A stretch of DNA of 64,000 nt from the NCBI GenBank assembly GCA_951406725.2, contig OX597837.1, positions 24,490,001 through 24,554,000 of the forward strand. Direction: 5' to 3'. The notes below the pieces were generated by a model. That model did not search any database. It was not told where the DNA came from and was given only the letters and a program-made list of their open reading frames with translations. Shown here one piece after another: positions 10,890 to 24,384 of the stretch. The position numbers were made by a program, and so were the translations under genes. The DNA comes from Octopus vulgaris (lineage: Eukaryota). Positions within the stretch are counted from its first letter, which is position 1. Each line of letters begins with the position of its first letter.

Positions 10890-11832
10890 CTGTGTTGGAA
10901 ACACAACAAAGCGTATAAACATCAGGGTTGTAAATGAGCACCATTGTCATACAAGCTGTGTGCTTTATTTCCAATTTTCTGTGAAAACATGTTCAACCCA
11001 TGAGCCCTTGGCATAAATTACCTCGCTTGGTAACAGATGGGTGTCGGTGACAGAAAAGGAAATTTAAAATAATGACAGGAGATAAAAATTTCCTGTCAAT
11101 TTTTCTCTGAAGAGGGACTCTGTCTGAAACATTGGGTTTTCCACTCTCCATTGCAAGATGGACTGTGCTTACAACAACAAAAACAACAAAAAAAGGATCT
11201 TCACAGTTGGAATGCTTCTGATCATAGGCCCACTAAACCAGGGCTGACATGTGGTTAAACAACAATTGCCTCATCATCATCATCATTTAACATGTTTTCC
11301 ATGCTGGCATGGGTTGAACAGTTTGACAGGAACTGACCAGCTGAAGGGCTGTTCAGGCTCCCTGTCTTTTTTGGCATGGTTTCTACAGCTAGATGCCCTT
11401 TTTAATGGAAACCACTTTACAGAGCATACTGAGTGCTTTTACACAGCACTGGCGTGGGTGCTTTTTACATGGCACCAGCACCTAGGAGATTAGAGATACT
11501 TAGCTGGAGAGGTTACAGGGGGGCAAGTCTGTATGCAAGGACAAGGACTGTTTCTGAAAAATAAGTTTCCTAGCTTAAGTCCAATTTCTGGCACTGATGT
11601 TGAGAGCGATGCTGGTGGGACAAACACACACACGCATGCATATATATATATATATACATATATATATACGATGGGCTTCTTTCAGTTTCCGTCTACCAAA
11701 TGCACTCACAAGGCTTTGTTCGACCCAAGGCTATAGTAGAAGATACCACACAGCCACTCCTGCACCTAAAGACTATTTAAGGGTAGTAGATAACTTAAGC
11801 TATCTAGCTGACCTAATTAACAGTGGAGGAGG

Positions 11833-11919
11833 AAGTTCTGAAAGGATAGCGGAGGTGAAAGTTCTGAAAGGATAGTGGAGGTGAAAGTTCTGAAAGGATA
11901 GTGGAGGTGAAAGTTCTGA
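11833..11919. repeat. 26-bp tandem repeat x3.3
   Basis: AAGTTCTGAAAGGATAG(C/T)GGAGGTGA inside an RTE remnant. Confidence 0.9.
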
Positions 11920-12617
11920 GAGTTATTACCTCAGTTGGTAACAAAAGGTTTCTAATAATGTCCATTGTTTAGCCCTAGGTCAATATTGAGTAGAGCTGAT
12001 CAAAAACACTGCAGCTATAATAATAAAATTGTGCATAGTGCTCAGGTACACTACAACTCATCAAAGGTGCATGTACAGAACATAGACTTATGTATAAAAG
12101 TCAGGAAGGTGAACAGTGTATGAGTCATGAATATATATGTGTGAATGTGTATGGAGGTGAGGATATCAGGTGTAATGTTGGCGAATTTCAGGAAGCAGAG
12201 AGGTTTTAAAGGATGCAATGTCTCAGCAACTAAAGACTGATGCAGGTAGTTTGTTCCATGCTTCAGCAATTCAGTGTGAAAAAATGTTTCCAAAAGTCAT
12301 GGTACTTGTGCTGCTTTCTGACTTTGTAGGAATGCCCACATGTGTTAGACACATGGAGCTCAAAAAGGTGCTCGAGGTGGGTGTTGGCACAATGGTCAAT
12401 AATTTTGTGTGTGTTTACCAAGTCAGTTGCCAGACATTGGAATTTCAATGTATCTATGCCCAGGGAAGCAAGGCATTCAGAGTATGGTAGATGCCTGAAG
12501 GAGACTATTTGCTTCGTTCATGTCTCTGAACAGTTTCCAGGAGGTCAATGTCCTGAGCAAGATAGGGGTTCTAGACTGGTGATGCAAATTCCAATTGTGG
12601 CCGCGCCACAGCCATAT

Positions 12618-12919
12618 CACCATGACCGACCAGGCTATCAGATGTTGCTACACATCGCTGGTCACAATGCGCTTGGGATTGTTTTTTAGCCTTCAAATGA
12701 TGCCACCCCGCTGGCTAAGCGAGCAGGCCAACAGAAGAAAGAGTGAGAGAAAGTTGTGGCGAAAGAGTACAGCAGGGATCGCCACCACCCTCTGCTGGAG
12801 CCTCGTGGAGCTTTAGGTGTTTTTGCTCAATAAATACTCACAACGCCTGGTCTGGGAATCGAAACTGCGATCCTACGACCGCGAGTCCGCTGCCCTAACC
12901 ACTGGGCCATTGCACCTCC
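12618..12919 (-). mobile_element. tRNA-derived SINE (head A + tail 3) nested in a CR1 LINE
   Basis: Head A plus a third tail type. Degenerate TSD CCACAGCCATAT / CCATAACCATAT interrupts the CR1 reading frame. Confidence 0.8.
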
Positions 12920-13322
12920 CATAACCATATACAGCCTTAAATAGATTGCTGGAGAGTGGCTGACAAAGTTCTTGCTAAGTGATGCCAAGACACACTCAGC
13001 CTTCTTGACAATTTTAGAGATGTGCTTTGTCAGGCGCAAATTACTGCTGACAGCAATGCCCAGGTCACATATACAAGACTTCTTGATATTAGTGTTGTGA
13101 AGAGAGTATGTGGACTATGGGTTTTTCCTCCCAAAGTACATGGTGGTACACTTGTCCACAGCCTGCTTGAATTGCCAGTCCATGATCGATTGTGTCCAGG
13201 TGTGATTGGAGGAAAGATCTATAGTGTTTAGGATCTGTCCTTTTTATCTTAAGGTACAGCTTGATGTCATCTGCATTATTTCAGCACTGTGGCATTTTTT
13301 AAGTTGGCATTTATATCATTAA

Positions 13323-13542
13323 CCCTTTCATTACCAAACCGGCTGAAACCGGCTCTGGCTCTGAGTACAAATGTCTTGTTTTCATAAGTTTTGAATTAAA
13401 ATCTTCTACCAAACCTTAGTCACAATTTATGTTCCTAACACTAGCTGAATGATAACTAAGTCATTTTACTAAATTCTTTGTTATATTTAAAGTAATTGAA
13501 AGAAACACAGAGCATCTCAAAATAAATACAGTAACGAAAGGG
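13323..13542. mobile_element. piggyBac-like MITE family 1
   Basis: TTAA|CCCTTTCATTAC...GTAACGAAAGGG|TTAA. Copies at 40659-40874 and 44196-44415. Confidence 0.88.
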
Positions 13543-14000
13543 TTAATAGAAGCAACAAACAAAAGGGGACCAAGAACATATCCCTGCAGTAAACCAGATG
13601 ACATCTCATAGGGTGAAGACTTTAAATATCAGAGACGATATTACTCTCATATACCTAAGACAGTAACAAGTAACTTGGCTGCTATTTCTAGCATGCTGAG
13701 TAATACCAGTAATATGTTGCTGATGGAGATTGGTGAGATATTTTATCTTCCACCTTAAAAGGAAGGTGAGGCTGGAGAGAAGATGCCTGTCAAAGAAAAT
13801 GTTCAAAGAAAGATGGTTGCATGTTGCGAGGGTGCTGGGAATGGAAGATTCCTCTTGAACATGTCATAAGTCTGCATACAAAAGTTTCAGTAGGAGAATG
13901 GGGCTCGTGGGGTCAGAGCGTAAGCCATCTCTCTGCTTCATTTCATGTTTGTATTTCGTCCTTGTTGTATCTCATTCGATTTCATTATATTTTGTAAAAT

Positions 14001-14378
14001 GGAGGCGCAATGGCCCAGTGGTTAGGGCAGCGGACTCGCGGTTGTAGGATCGCAGTTTTGATTCCCAGACTGGGAGTTGTGAGTGTTTATTGAGCGAAAA
14101 CACCTAAAAGCTCCACGAGGCTCCGGCAGGAGGGGGTGGTGATCCCTGCTGTACTCTTTCACCACAACTTTCTCTCTCTTACTTCCTGTTTCTGTTGTAC
14201 CTGTATTTCAAAGGGCCGGCCTTGTCACTCTCTGTGTCACGCTGAATATCCCCGAGAACTACGTTAAGGGTACACGTGTGTGTGGAGTGCTCAGCCACTT
14301 ACACGTTAATTTCACGAGCAGGCTGTTCCGTTGATTCGGATCAACCGGAACCCTCGTCGTCGTAACCGATGTGCTTCC
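14001..14378 (+). mobile_element. tRNA-derived SINE (head A + tail 1), full length
   Basis: Near-identical to 2695-3079. 12-bp TSD ATTTTGTAAAAT (13989-14000 / 14379-14390). Confidence 0.9.
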
Positions 14379-15207
14379 ATTTTGTAAAATTTTAAAAGTC
14401 ATATAATCATTGTGTGTCTAACCCCAATCAGGCTGTATTGTCCCCCTCTGTTTGGGCCCTTGTGGCTAATAAAGAAATTGGATGATGGAGGTTGTAGTTA
14501 ACTAACTGCCTTATAAACCCTAACCCTTACATAAAATCTCTCTTGCTACTAAGTTCAAGCTGAGTGGATCAATGAAAGAACTTGTTACAGCTGTTACTGA
14601 CTCTTACGTCACTGCCACAGATCCATGTCAAAACTGCTGTTTCGTATGCATTTTTTTTTTTAGTCATAAATATTTAGAAAGTTGACTTAATTGGATTGTG
14701 AATATTTAGCTTCATATATCATTATCGCCTTTAAGTGTTCAGCTGTTTCCTGTCTCCTTTAGGGAGTGCAATCCTTATCTACATGGTAGAAATGGTATAT
14801 TCTTTACTCTTTTACCTGTTTCAGTCATTTGACTGTGGCCATGCTGAAGCACCACCTTTAGTCGAGCAGACCGACCCCAGGACTTATTCTTTGTAAGCCT
14901 AGTGCTTATTCTAACGGTCTCTTTTGCCGAACTGCTAAGTTACGGGGACGTAAACACACCAGCATCGGTTGTCAAACAATGTTGGGGGGACAAACACAGA
15001 CACACAAACACACATATATATACATATATATATATATACATATATATATACGATGGGCTTCTTTCAGTTTCCGTCTACCAAATCCACTCACAAGGCTTTG
15101 GTCAGCCAAAGGCTATAGTAGAAGACACTTGCCCAAAGTGTCACGCAGTGGGACTGAACCCAGAACCATGTGGTTCGTAAGTAAGCTACTTACCACACAG
15201 CCACTCC

Positions 15208-16397
<1,190 letters not shown>

Positions 16398-17517
16398 GAT
16401 GGGCTTCTTTCAGTTTCCGTCAACTAAATCTACTCACAAGGCTTTGGTTGGCCCGAGTCTATAGTAGAAGACACTTGCCCAAGGTGCCACGCAGTGGGAC
16501 TGAACCCGGAACCATGTGGTTCGTAAGCAAGCTACTTACCACACAGCCACTCCTACGCCTATATAGGAAGTGTGAGTTACAAGGTGGGGCCAGTTTTAAC
16601 AATATTTTGACATCGCATAGATTCAAATTAGATAACAATTCGGCTAAGATCTCTTGCTGCCAACCATAGGGGATCAAACAAAATAGCTTGTTTGTCCTCA
16701 ATACAGCACTTTAGCTGGGATACCCGAAAGGGGAAAGATCGCTGACACCACCCCCCAGCCTGTCAATGATTTCATTCAATTTGAATTATTTAGGATATCC
16801 ACAGTCTTAGTGGAGTGGGGTCAAGAAAATAGAGAAAGCTAGGTTTTTATATTACATCTGGTAGTTATATTAAGGGTAGACTGAGTACAGTATTGTGGCA
16901 GTATCTATATCACAGGTGTGTAGACACAAAACATTTCGTCAAAGGAAAAGACTTGTCAACTGAAGAAACCACCTTAACAAATCTTACTGGTAAATATTTA
17001 TTCGTCGCCAGTGCCACTGGACTGGCTCCTGTGCAGGTGGCACGTAAAAAAGCACCATTTGGGCGTGGCCATTGCCAGTACCACCAAATTGGCCCTAGTG
17101 CAGGTGGCACGTAAAAGCACCCACTACACTCTCGGAGTGGTTGGCGTTAGGAAGGGCATCCAGCTGTAGAAACTCTGCCAGATCAGATTGGAGTCTGGTT
17201 CGCCAGACCTCAGTCAAATCGTCCAACCCATGCTAGCATGGAAAGTGGATGTTAAATGATGATTTGGATCATTACCAAGTTCCATTAATCTGTTAATCAC
17301 TCTCCATTTACTTCCATTATGGTGTATCATCTCTATGGATGGAACTTGTAGAAGGAGATGCAGGAAGCCATGGGATGAAGTATTGAAGACCAATCTCGAG
17401 AAACTGAACCTTACGAAGATGATGACAAAGGATTGAGATATTTGGCACCACGCTGTACTCAATAAGACCTGGCTACCACAGTAGAACTGATACCAGCGCT
17501 GGTATCATGTAGAAAGA

Positions 17518-17931
17518 TAAAGGCAACGAACTGGCAGAAACGTTAGCACGCCGGGCGAAATGCGTAGCCATATTTCGTCTGCCGTTATGTTCTGAGTTCA
17601 AATTCCGCCGAGGTCGACTTCGCTTTTCATCCTTTCGGGGTCGATAAATTAAGTACCAGTTATGCACTGGGATCGATGTATCGACTTAACCCCTTTGTTT
17701 GTCCCCTCTGTGTTTAGCCCCCTGTGGGTAGTAAAGAAACAGGTATTTCATCTGCTGTTACGTTCTGAGTTCAAATTCCGCCGAGGTCGACTTCGCCTTT
17801 CATCCTTTCGGGGTCGATAAATTAAGTACCAGTTATGCACTGGGGGGGGGGTCGATGTAATCGACTTAATCCATTTGTCTGTCCTTGTTTGGCTTTTCTG
17901 TGTTTAGCCCCTTGTGGGTAGTAAAGAAATA
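17518..17931 (+). mobile_element. CORE-like SINE dimer
   Basis: Head plus two units. 17-bp TSD GGTATCATGTAGAAAGA at 17501-17517 / 17932-17948. Monomers at about 35424-35558 (TSD AATAATGCTTCAGTC) and 50250-50460. Confidence 0.88.
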
Positions 17932-18467
17932 GGTATCATGTAGAAAGAACGGGTGCTGGTGTCATAAAAAGCACCCAGTATACTGGAATGGTTGGCATTA
18001 GAAAGGGCATCCAACAATGGAGACTGGTGCAGCTCCAGGCCTTACCAATCCTCATCAAACCTTCCAACCCATGCCAGCATAGAAAACGGCATTAAATGAT
18101 GATCTCCATCCCAGATTTGTCTTCTACATAATGTATTACCTCACACCAGACTTGCACAAAATATTTCACTCAGTCCTTCTGCCACAAAACTTTATCCACC
18201 TGGAATTACCACTTTGATTTTTGAGTGGATGTTCTATGCAAATGAGATTTAGTTTGAATATTAATCGCATGAATCTCACATGGAACACCATTGTCGCTAA
18301 TCTGGGGGCCATCAATTATTTCAATCTCAAAACTGATAAATAGAATTTAGATAACTTACCGCCTTTTTACATTTATGAGACTGAAGTACTTAACCCTGTA
18401 GCATTCAGATTGCAATGTAAATAAATAAGCCTTATAGTTGAAGGAGTAGTTTTGGACTAAACATGCA

Positions 18468-18855
18468 TTATTACACACATGTGAGTGAGAACACTGAGAT
18501 ATTTTTGGTATCTAACATATGTCAGATACTGCAAGCACTGCTTCTGATTGGTCAATCCATGGTGATGACCCGAGGTCACGGTGACAGCGCTGCTTCTGAT
18601 TGGTCAATCCATGGTGATGGCACTACTTTTGTCATTCATAAGTTACAACTAAACGTGAAGAATTTAGTTATTGGGTTAATAAAATATGGTCGTTTATTCG
18701 TGTGTAATAAATAAAATACCAAACTCATTCCCTATGGATACCGTATTTATTACAACTCGTGGCTTGTAAACGTATCTAACGAGCGAAAGCGAGTTAGATA
18801 CGTTCACAAGCCACTTGTAATAAATACGGTATCCATAGGGAATGAGTTTGGTATT
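18468..18855. mobile_element. Palindromic non-autonomous element, Crypton-like architecture
   Basis: 11-bp inverted repeat TTATTACACAC / GTGTGTAATAA, duplicated CTGCTTCTGATTGGTCAATCCATGGTGATG, and a 141-bp terminal palindrome. Class assignment is inference. Confidence 0.55.
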
Positions 18856-19164
18856 CTCTCTTTATCTTGTTGCTTTGACATTTCCATGATGTGAAGATTT
18901 TCAGAATGACACTGTAGGGTGGATGAAAGGCCAGATCAAAAGACTTTATTCATAAATGCTATGCTGTAGTTACTTACTCTTTTACTTGTTTCAGTCATTT
19001 GACTGCGGCCATGCTGGAGCACTGCCTTTAATCGAGCAACTCGACCTCGGGACTTATTCTTTTGTAAGCCCAGTACTTACTCTATCGGTCTCTTTTGCCG
19101 AACCGCTAAGTAACGGGGACATAAACACAGCCGCATTGGTTGCCAAGCAATGCTAGGGGGACAA

Positions 19165-19211
<47 letters not shown>

Positions 19212-20580
19212 TACGACGGGCTTCTTTCAGTTTCCGTCTACCATATCCACTCACAAGGCTTTGGTCGGCCCGAGGCCATAGTAGAAGACACTTGCCCAAG
19301 GTGCCATGCAGTGGGACTGAACCTGGAACCATGTGGTTGGTAAACAAGCTACTTACTACACAGCCACTCCTGCACCTACTTCCTTTTTTTCTTTAACATT
19401 CAATGACTCATTGTGAATATTGAGTGATATATGAACAGTCTCAGTCAATATGGAACAGTTCTGGCAGTAACAAAGTCAAACAAAACCAAATTAAGTCAAA
19501 ATCAAAAACCTTCAGATGTTGCCATGCTCATAAGTTGTAAGGAACATAACAAAAGTATTTTATGGTAATAGCAAATATACAGAATTAATTCAACTGCTCA
19601 GGGTGTGTTTTGTTTGGGCACCAAACAGATTACACAACCTGTCCAGAAGAGCAACAGAGCTGCTATGAGCATCCAAATCATCATCAACAATATGTAACAT
19701 CTGATTTCCATGCTGGCATAGGCTAGATGGCTTAATAGGAACTGGCAAGGACGGGAACACCACGCCAGGTTCCAGAGTCTTTTGGTTTGGTTTCTATGAC
19801 TGGATGCCCTTCCCTAATGCCATCCACTTTACAGCGTGTACTGAGTGTTTTTTGTTTTTTTTAAAGTGGTTGGCATTAGAAAGAGTATCTGATTTATTAT
19901 TGTTGGTTAAATAGTGTTTCAAGTTCATCATCATCGTTTGGTGACCGCTTTCCATGCTAGCATGGGTTGGACGATTCAACTGGGGTCTGGGAAGCCAGAA
20001 GGCTGCACCAGGCCAAGTCTGACTGCTGGATGCCCTTCCTAATGCCAACTACTCCCTGAGTGTAGTGGGTGCTTTATACGTGCCAGACGAGGATGGCAAA
20101 TGGCCATGATAGGATGGTGCTTTTTACGTGCCACCAGCACAGAGGCCAGTCGGGGTAGCGCTGGCAACGGCCACGTTCAGATGGTTCTCTTACATGCCAC
20201 CGGCACTGGTATCACAGCTACAATTCAGAAGAAATTTTCTCAAGTAGCAAACAAGAAAGGTTGACTAAACACTGATTAAAGACCAACTTGCTTCCTCTGA
20301 TGACAGAATACCAAGATATGTAGAATAAACGATATACCATCACAGATCTGAAGATGATCTATGAATTTGCAAATGTTGATTCATTAAGATTCAATATTTT
20401 TCAACCCAGTAATCCATTAATACCAATATACATTTAGTAATACATTTTTAATATTTTAACCCTTTAGCATTCAGCTTATTCTCTCAAATGTAATGCATAT
20501 TTATTCACACTATTTTGAATTAATCATGCATTTTCTTGTAGCTATGAGAGTTCAACAACATGATTGTTCTTAGAATGGTA

Positions 20581-20939
20581 GTGTCAGAGCAATGTCGTTG
20601 GGAACCTCGGTTCCTGGTAGGGCCACCCAAGGCGGATTGGTCTGACACCGAATAGTATTAGGGCCACAACCCGGTGAAAATCCTCGGAGTGTCTGTTTCA
20701 GCAACCGGCGGCCCCTCAGTCGTTCTGTATCTGCGTCTGCGGACAATCTGCAGCAAACAGGATGTCTCTACATGCGAGATTGTTTGTTGGGGACCGCTTG
20801 TGAAATTTATATTCCCACTAAACTTCTTCCACAGCCATGGTTCGAGATGCCTCGAGGGTGGTTCGAGATGCCTCGAGGGTGGTGGAAGAAGCCGACTCAA
20901 CCCGCCCAGGGTGAATGTCGCCACAAATACAAGTAAGTA
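20581..20939 (+). mobile_element. GC-rich RTE-derived short element inserted into a MITE
   Basis: Starts with an RTE 5'-UTR-like motif GAGCAATGTCG..CCTGGTAGGGCCACCCAAGGCGG and ends CAAGTAAGTA. Interrupts the MITE beginning at 20460. Confidence 0.55.
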
Positions 20940-21767
20940 GTAGGGTAGGTGTGAAAGGCTAAATCTAAATCTGGCCAGCTTAAACATAAAACCAGTAGAA
21001 TATTTGGGACTGATATAGCAGGCTGAACCCTTTAGCATTTGATCTGGCCATATCTGGCCCAAATATTCTGTTTTATGTTAAAACTTATCAGAACCAACCC
21101 CTCACACTTACCCTATAAAGTCATTCAAAAAAAATATATAAACAGCACTGAAATCTTGAAACTACAAGATGTGTGATTAATTCAATATATTTTGAATAAA
21201 TAAGCAATACATTCAACAAGGAAATCTGAATGCTAAAGAGTTAATAGAACAAACACAATTGATTCGTCTCTACTTGATGTTAATCCATAGCCAGTCAATA
21301 GTTGATAACCACAAAGAAAATTCATAGACTGCTTTAGGTGAAGCTTTCTACAAAAGTTTTCAAATACACATGTCTCTCGTGTAAATGCAATAAATGCAAT
21401 CATATTTATTGAACATTTAAAAAAAAGTGGGGAAGAATAAAGAAAAGATAGGAAGAAAGCAATCCTTGTTCAAATCGATAGAAACTAATTAAAACATTTT
21501 CAATTACAGAATAGTTGTTATAGGTTTTGCAGTTGAACACTGAAAAAAAAAGAATGAGTTGTCTGAGTTGGTAAAAGCCTTGTGGATGGTTTGTCAGCAA
21601 ACAGGCAAGTAAGAAATACACATACATACATACATTATATATATACATATGTAGAGAGAGAGAGAGAGAGAGAGAAAGAGATGATGATGGCTGTCCACAA
21701 TTGACTGAGGAAGATCATTACTGATCACTAAGAATACTGTGGTATGCACACATACATATATTTATAT

Positions 21768-22098
21768 GCACAGGATTCCATGGACAGCGAGGCTCAACAA
21801 TGGAGAAGTTCTTAAGCAGATAAGGCCGAAAATGTCGCTAGAAGCTAGGATCACCAAGCATAGATTGGCATATTTCAGTCATATTATGAGGAGAGAATCC
21901 CTGGAGAAGGACATCATGCTCGGAATGGTCAGTGGCAAGAGAGGAAGAGGCCGACCAAGAATCCGCTGGCTTGACACCATCAGGTGTGATGCCAGAATGG
22001 ACATGGCCAGCCTGAAGGAAGCGGCCCAGGATAGAACTGACTGGAGGACACTGATCCAACGAGTGACCGAGAGTCGACTTTGACTGAGCGGTTAGAGA
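21768..22098 (+). mobile_element. RTE/BovB-like LINE 3' end
   Basis: RIPWTAR..EVL..RLAYFSHIMRRESLEKDIMLGMVSGKRGRGRPRIRWLD, the RTE ORF C-terminus. Confidence 0.9.
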
Positions 22099-22481
22099 GA
22101 GATATATACACACATATGAAGGTGCGGGGCTCAGTGGTTAGAGTGTCCAGCTTACAACCATGAGGTTGTGGAGTTGATTCTCGGACCAGGTTATGTGTTG
22201 TGTTCTTGAACAAAACACTATTTCCCACTGCTCCTGTTCACCAAGCTATATAAATGAATTTCGATGCCACTACAGGAGCCAAGCTGTATCGGCCTTTGCC
22301 TTGCCCTTGGATAATACCAGTGGCACGGAAGGGGGAGACTGGCATGCTCAGGCAACTGCTGACCTTCCATAAACAACCTTGCCTGGACATGTGCCTCGGA
22401 AGGGAACCTTCTAGGTGCAATCTGATGGTCATTCCTGACTAAAGGGGATCTTTACCATCTACACACACACATATGCATACA

Positions 22482-22537
<56 letters not shown>

Positions 22538-22599
22538 TAATATTCAAATAGTGAGAAGGGTATGATGGAACATATAGTTGCCTGTGTTGATAAAACCCC

Positions 22600-23850
22600 T
22601 TGGAGATGGAAGGCAAGTATTTCCTTTATTTATAATGAGCAAAGTGTAACGGAACATACAGTTGCTGCTATTTCCATTTTACTGTTTCTATTTTAACATT
22701 TTTCTCGACATTAAGGGAGAATAGAATGAGGAGGGGGAACGGAAATAATTTAGGGATGAATTTTCAAGAAAAAACAAAAGAGACAACTAAAAGGAAATGT
22801 TTTATCCAACCAAAAGTGGTATCAGAGTAAATTTTCAGAAAAGGGTAAATGGGTAAATATTTGTTTAAATAAAAAGAAAAATTTATTTTGTTCCACTTTT
22901 TTTCCTTTTCTTTAGATGTGTTGATATTAAATGAAAGATGTTCAAAATAGATACCAATTAGCCGAAAAATCTTCAATATTAACATGACATGAACAATTAG
23001 GGGCTCCGTAATGGAGAAAACATATACATATGATACAGCCCTTTCCAGGGATTACATCATTAAGGTGACGTGAGTTTTGGTTGACAGCAATCTTACCATT
23101 GAATAATAATTTTGTAAATTGCTTCCTTCCCCTGTAATAGGGTTTATGAAAACTACCCGTATTAAAAAAACAACATGTAACTTTATAACTTTATTATTTC
23201 AGTACAAACATATCAAGCACAAACAGCATGGCTACAACTTGTTAGCCAATTTTTATTTTATTTTATATTTTTTTTTTTTTTTAGACATCTAGTCCCGGGG
23301 AGATAGGGGGGGGCCACAAACGCCACTCATGTCAATATTTTACAAATGTCAATCCTTCACACATTAGCCGTGTGTTGAGTCCTAAGAATGAATGTATAGA
23401 TGCATCGTGGCAACTGGTCAAATCATGTCTATACATTTTGTTGGCAAACTTGGAGATATTTGTACCAGTTTATCTGTCATGAACATTTGCACTCTCCCTC
23501 ACAAAGCATATAAGGCGAAATTTTCTAGATAAATGTTAAAATAAGTTTAGGAATGGTTTTTGATCACCATCTACACTCACCAGTCATTTACCAGAATTAC
23601 TGAAAAGATAAAAAAAATGTTTCTTTCAACCTGGTACATGTCCTTGGAATGATCTTCTGCCAGTCAGATGGTGGCAGTTGATTTCCTTTTTTTCCTGTTG
23701 TCAGTTTTTGTTTGATTTTTGATTTGTTTTTTTTTTGTTTAATTCTGTGGGGTTTTTTTTTTTCTTTTCTTATTTCTTTGTCAGTGCAAACTGCTGTTGG
23801 GTCATCACCATCTAGATCGTCCATCATAGGGACGTGAGTGGCACTGTACT
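22600..23850 (-). other. Probable TRIP12 3' UTR with candidate AATAAA signals
   Basis: Repeat-free AU-rich stretch after the stop. Minus-strand AATAAA at 23190-23195, 22882-22887 and 22625-22630. The true 3' end is unknown. Confidence 0.5.
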
Positions 23851-24047
23851 TTAAGATAGGTGGAATGAAAGCTGTCCTTCCTGTGAAGCAAGGTTCAGCT
23901 TGTCTCGCATCACTTCCACTGAAGAATAGTCCGGAAGTTTTAAATAATTCACACAAGTCATCACAGATGGAAGGGAGTTATCAGGGTTTTCAGAATTAGA
24001 GAATGTCTTTCGTACAATAGTCAGAGGTGGATTTAAACTGCGGAAAC
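23851..24047 (-). CDS. TRIP12: TRIP12 last coding exon (HECT C-lobe, catalytic Cys)
   Basis: (G)[14 protein letters not shown]...[18 protein letters not shown]...EGQLSFHLS then TAA at 23853-23851. Confidence 0.97.
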
Positions 24048-24154
24048 CTGAAAGCATTAAGTGGAACAACATTTGTGAGTCAACAACAGCACAAAACAGT
24101 GTAACAAATATCATAGCAATAATGAAATGTTACTATTTTTAAATATTCTAGAAG

Positions 24155-24186
<32 letters not shown>

Positions 24187-24384
24187 TAAAAAAATTAAAT
24201 AAATAAAAATAAAAAAAAAAAATATTATTATTATTATTATTATTATTATGGCTGCAGCTCTGAGCTGAAACTAGAGAAGAAAAAAAAAAAAAAAAAGCCG
24301 CAAGCTAGCAAAATCATTAACATGCCAGGCAGAATGCTTAGCTGAATTTCATTTATCTTTACATTTTGAGATCTAATTCTGCCA

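Larger units (their letters stand above)
12020..13620 (-). mobile_element. Decayed CR1-clade LINE (RT C-terminal half + 3' UTR) with nested SINE and MITE
   Basis: Minus-strand SGLLQGYVLGPLLF..IND..ADDIKLY (RT motifs), then KHISKIVKKAECVL, RPQLEFASPV and WKHFFTL; stops and frameshifts present. Confidence 0.85.

Noticed and set aside
23597-23956. 119-aa ORF overlapping the TRIP12 stop
   Set aside because: Alternative frame running into a low-complexity A-rich 3' UTR.
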